A DNA stretch of 64,000 nt, from NCBI GenBank assembly GCA_965223905.1, contig CBDCXV010000010.1, positions 704,001-768,000 on the forward strand, read 5' to 3'. A model generated the notes under the pieces. The model did no database searches and was not told where the DNA came from. It was given only the letters and a program-made list of their open reading frames with translations. Position numbers and translations under genes: made by a program. The DNA comes from Candidatus Latescibacterota bacterium. Its GTDB lineage: Bacteria; Latescibacterota; UBA2968; UBA8231. Shown piece by piece: positions 63,270 to 64,000 of this stretch (within the stretch, counting starts at the first letter, position 1; every line of letters begins with the position of its first letter).

Positions 63270-64000
63270 ATACCTGGAAGAGCCTGTACCTGAAAGAGAT
63301 CAAGGAGCACCGCACCCTGTTCGTTCTGCTGCCGCTGGTGACCGCCTTCCTGGAGATCATTGCGGTCCTGTCTTTCGACGATGCCCAGGTCCTCCCCTCC
63401 ATCCACGTCCTGTGGAGCTTCGTCCCCTACGCGTGGCTGCTGGTCCTGCCTTTCGCGTTCAGTCACTCGTTCACCCAGGAAGTGAAAGGACAGACCCATT
63501 TCCTGCTCCTCTCCCTGCCGGTATCCCGGGCCCGGATCTTCGCCGCCAAGGCCGCGGCGGTGGCGACCCTAGGCATCATCCTGTTCGGCATGAGCAGCGC
63601 CGGTCTCTTCGCCGTTCTCGGCGAATTGCGCGCCCTCGCCGACCGGGTGGCGGAGGTGCGAATCTCTCCCTTCACCGCCCTGGACGTCCTGGTGCTCAAC
63701 GGGGTCATCTACCTGTCTGCCATGGGGGTCATGCTGGGCATCGCCGGCGGTATCGCCGGCCTCAGGCTGTTGGTGCGGCGCTTTTCCGGACTGGCGTCCG
63801 CGGCCTTCACCATCTTCGTGCTGTACTGGTATATCCGCACCCTGCCCGAGGTGCTCGCCCTGCCGGCGGTCCTCGGGACCTACGAGCTGTCGCTGCGGAT
63901 CGACTCCGCCGCCGGCATCCCCCTGGCCGTGGGTCTGGATTCCGTCGAGGTCAATTTCATGATCGCCGCGTACTCGATCGCCGTCGGGGTCGTCTCCATG
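63266..64000 (+). CDS. ABC-2 type permease (3' end outside the window)
   Basis: (M)NTWKSLYLKEIKEH, FLLLSLPVSRARIFAAK, multiple TM segments; GTG overlaps the ATPase stop. Confidence 0.8.
   Translation, partial: MNTWKSLYLKEIKEHRTLFVLLPLVTAFLEIIAVLSFDDAQVLPSIHVLWSFVPYAWLLVLPFAFSHSFTQEVKGQTHFLLLSLPVSRARIFAAKAAAVATLGIILFGMSSAGLFAVLGELRALADRVAEVRISPFTALDVLVLNGVIYLSAMGVMLGIAGGIAGLRLLVRRFSGLASAAFTIFVLYWYIRTLPEVLALPAVLGTYELSLRIDSAAGIPLAVGLDSVEVNFMIAAYSIAVGVVSM

Overview
GC-rich bacterial window with dense coding. The lineage is uncertain; the gene content suggests a diderm, possibly FCB-group (Latescibacterota/Gemmatimonadota-like), which is inference only. There are three zones. (1) 1-14.8 kb: a divergent lipid/glycoconjugate locus (TolC, LPG-synthase-TM flippase, cytidylyltransferases, three CDP-alcohol phosphotransferase-family genes, GT4, Wzx/MATE-like flippase, GINT1-like propeller). 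Part of it is a duplicated cassette that is decaying, and two CDP-AP paralogs share a non-canonical active-site motif. (2) 14.8-22.9 kb: a type I restriction-modification island with an HTH-fused, apparently leaderless HsdM and an HsdS carrying two near-twin TRDs. It also embeds a retropepsin-like protease, DUF4238 and IS3 remnants, an MNT antitoxin with a deleted HEPN toxin and an M48 peptidase, and ends in an AT-rich tandem repeat. (3) 22.9-64 kb: mostly housekeeping and metabolic genes (uvrA, metG, ppk2, polA, amtB-glnK, divergent purF, ffh-rpsP-rimM-trmD-rplS, rsmB-PASTA-rpe, recJ, apgM). This zone also has a SelW/Rdx selenoprotein with a SECIS that the ORF track missed, a candidate structured RNA after polA, a lipoprotein with active and degenerate L,D-transpeptidases, an RcnA-like exporter and a YtrA/GntR-ABC operon. 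No rRNA, tRNA or CRISPR array was seen. All family calls come from motif recognition by eye; no searches were run.
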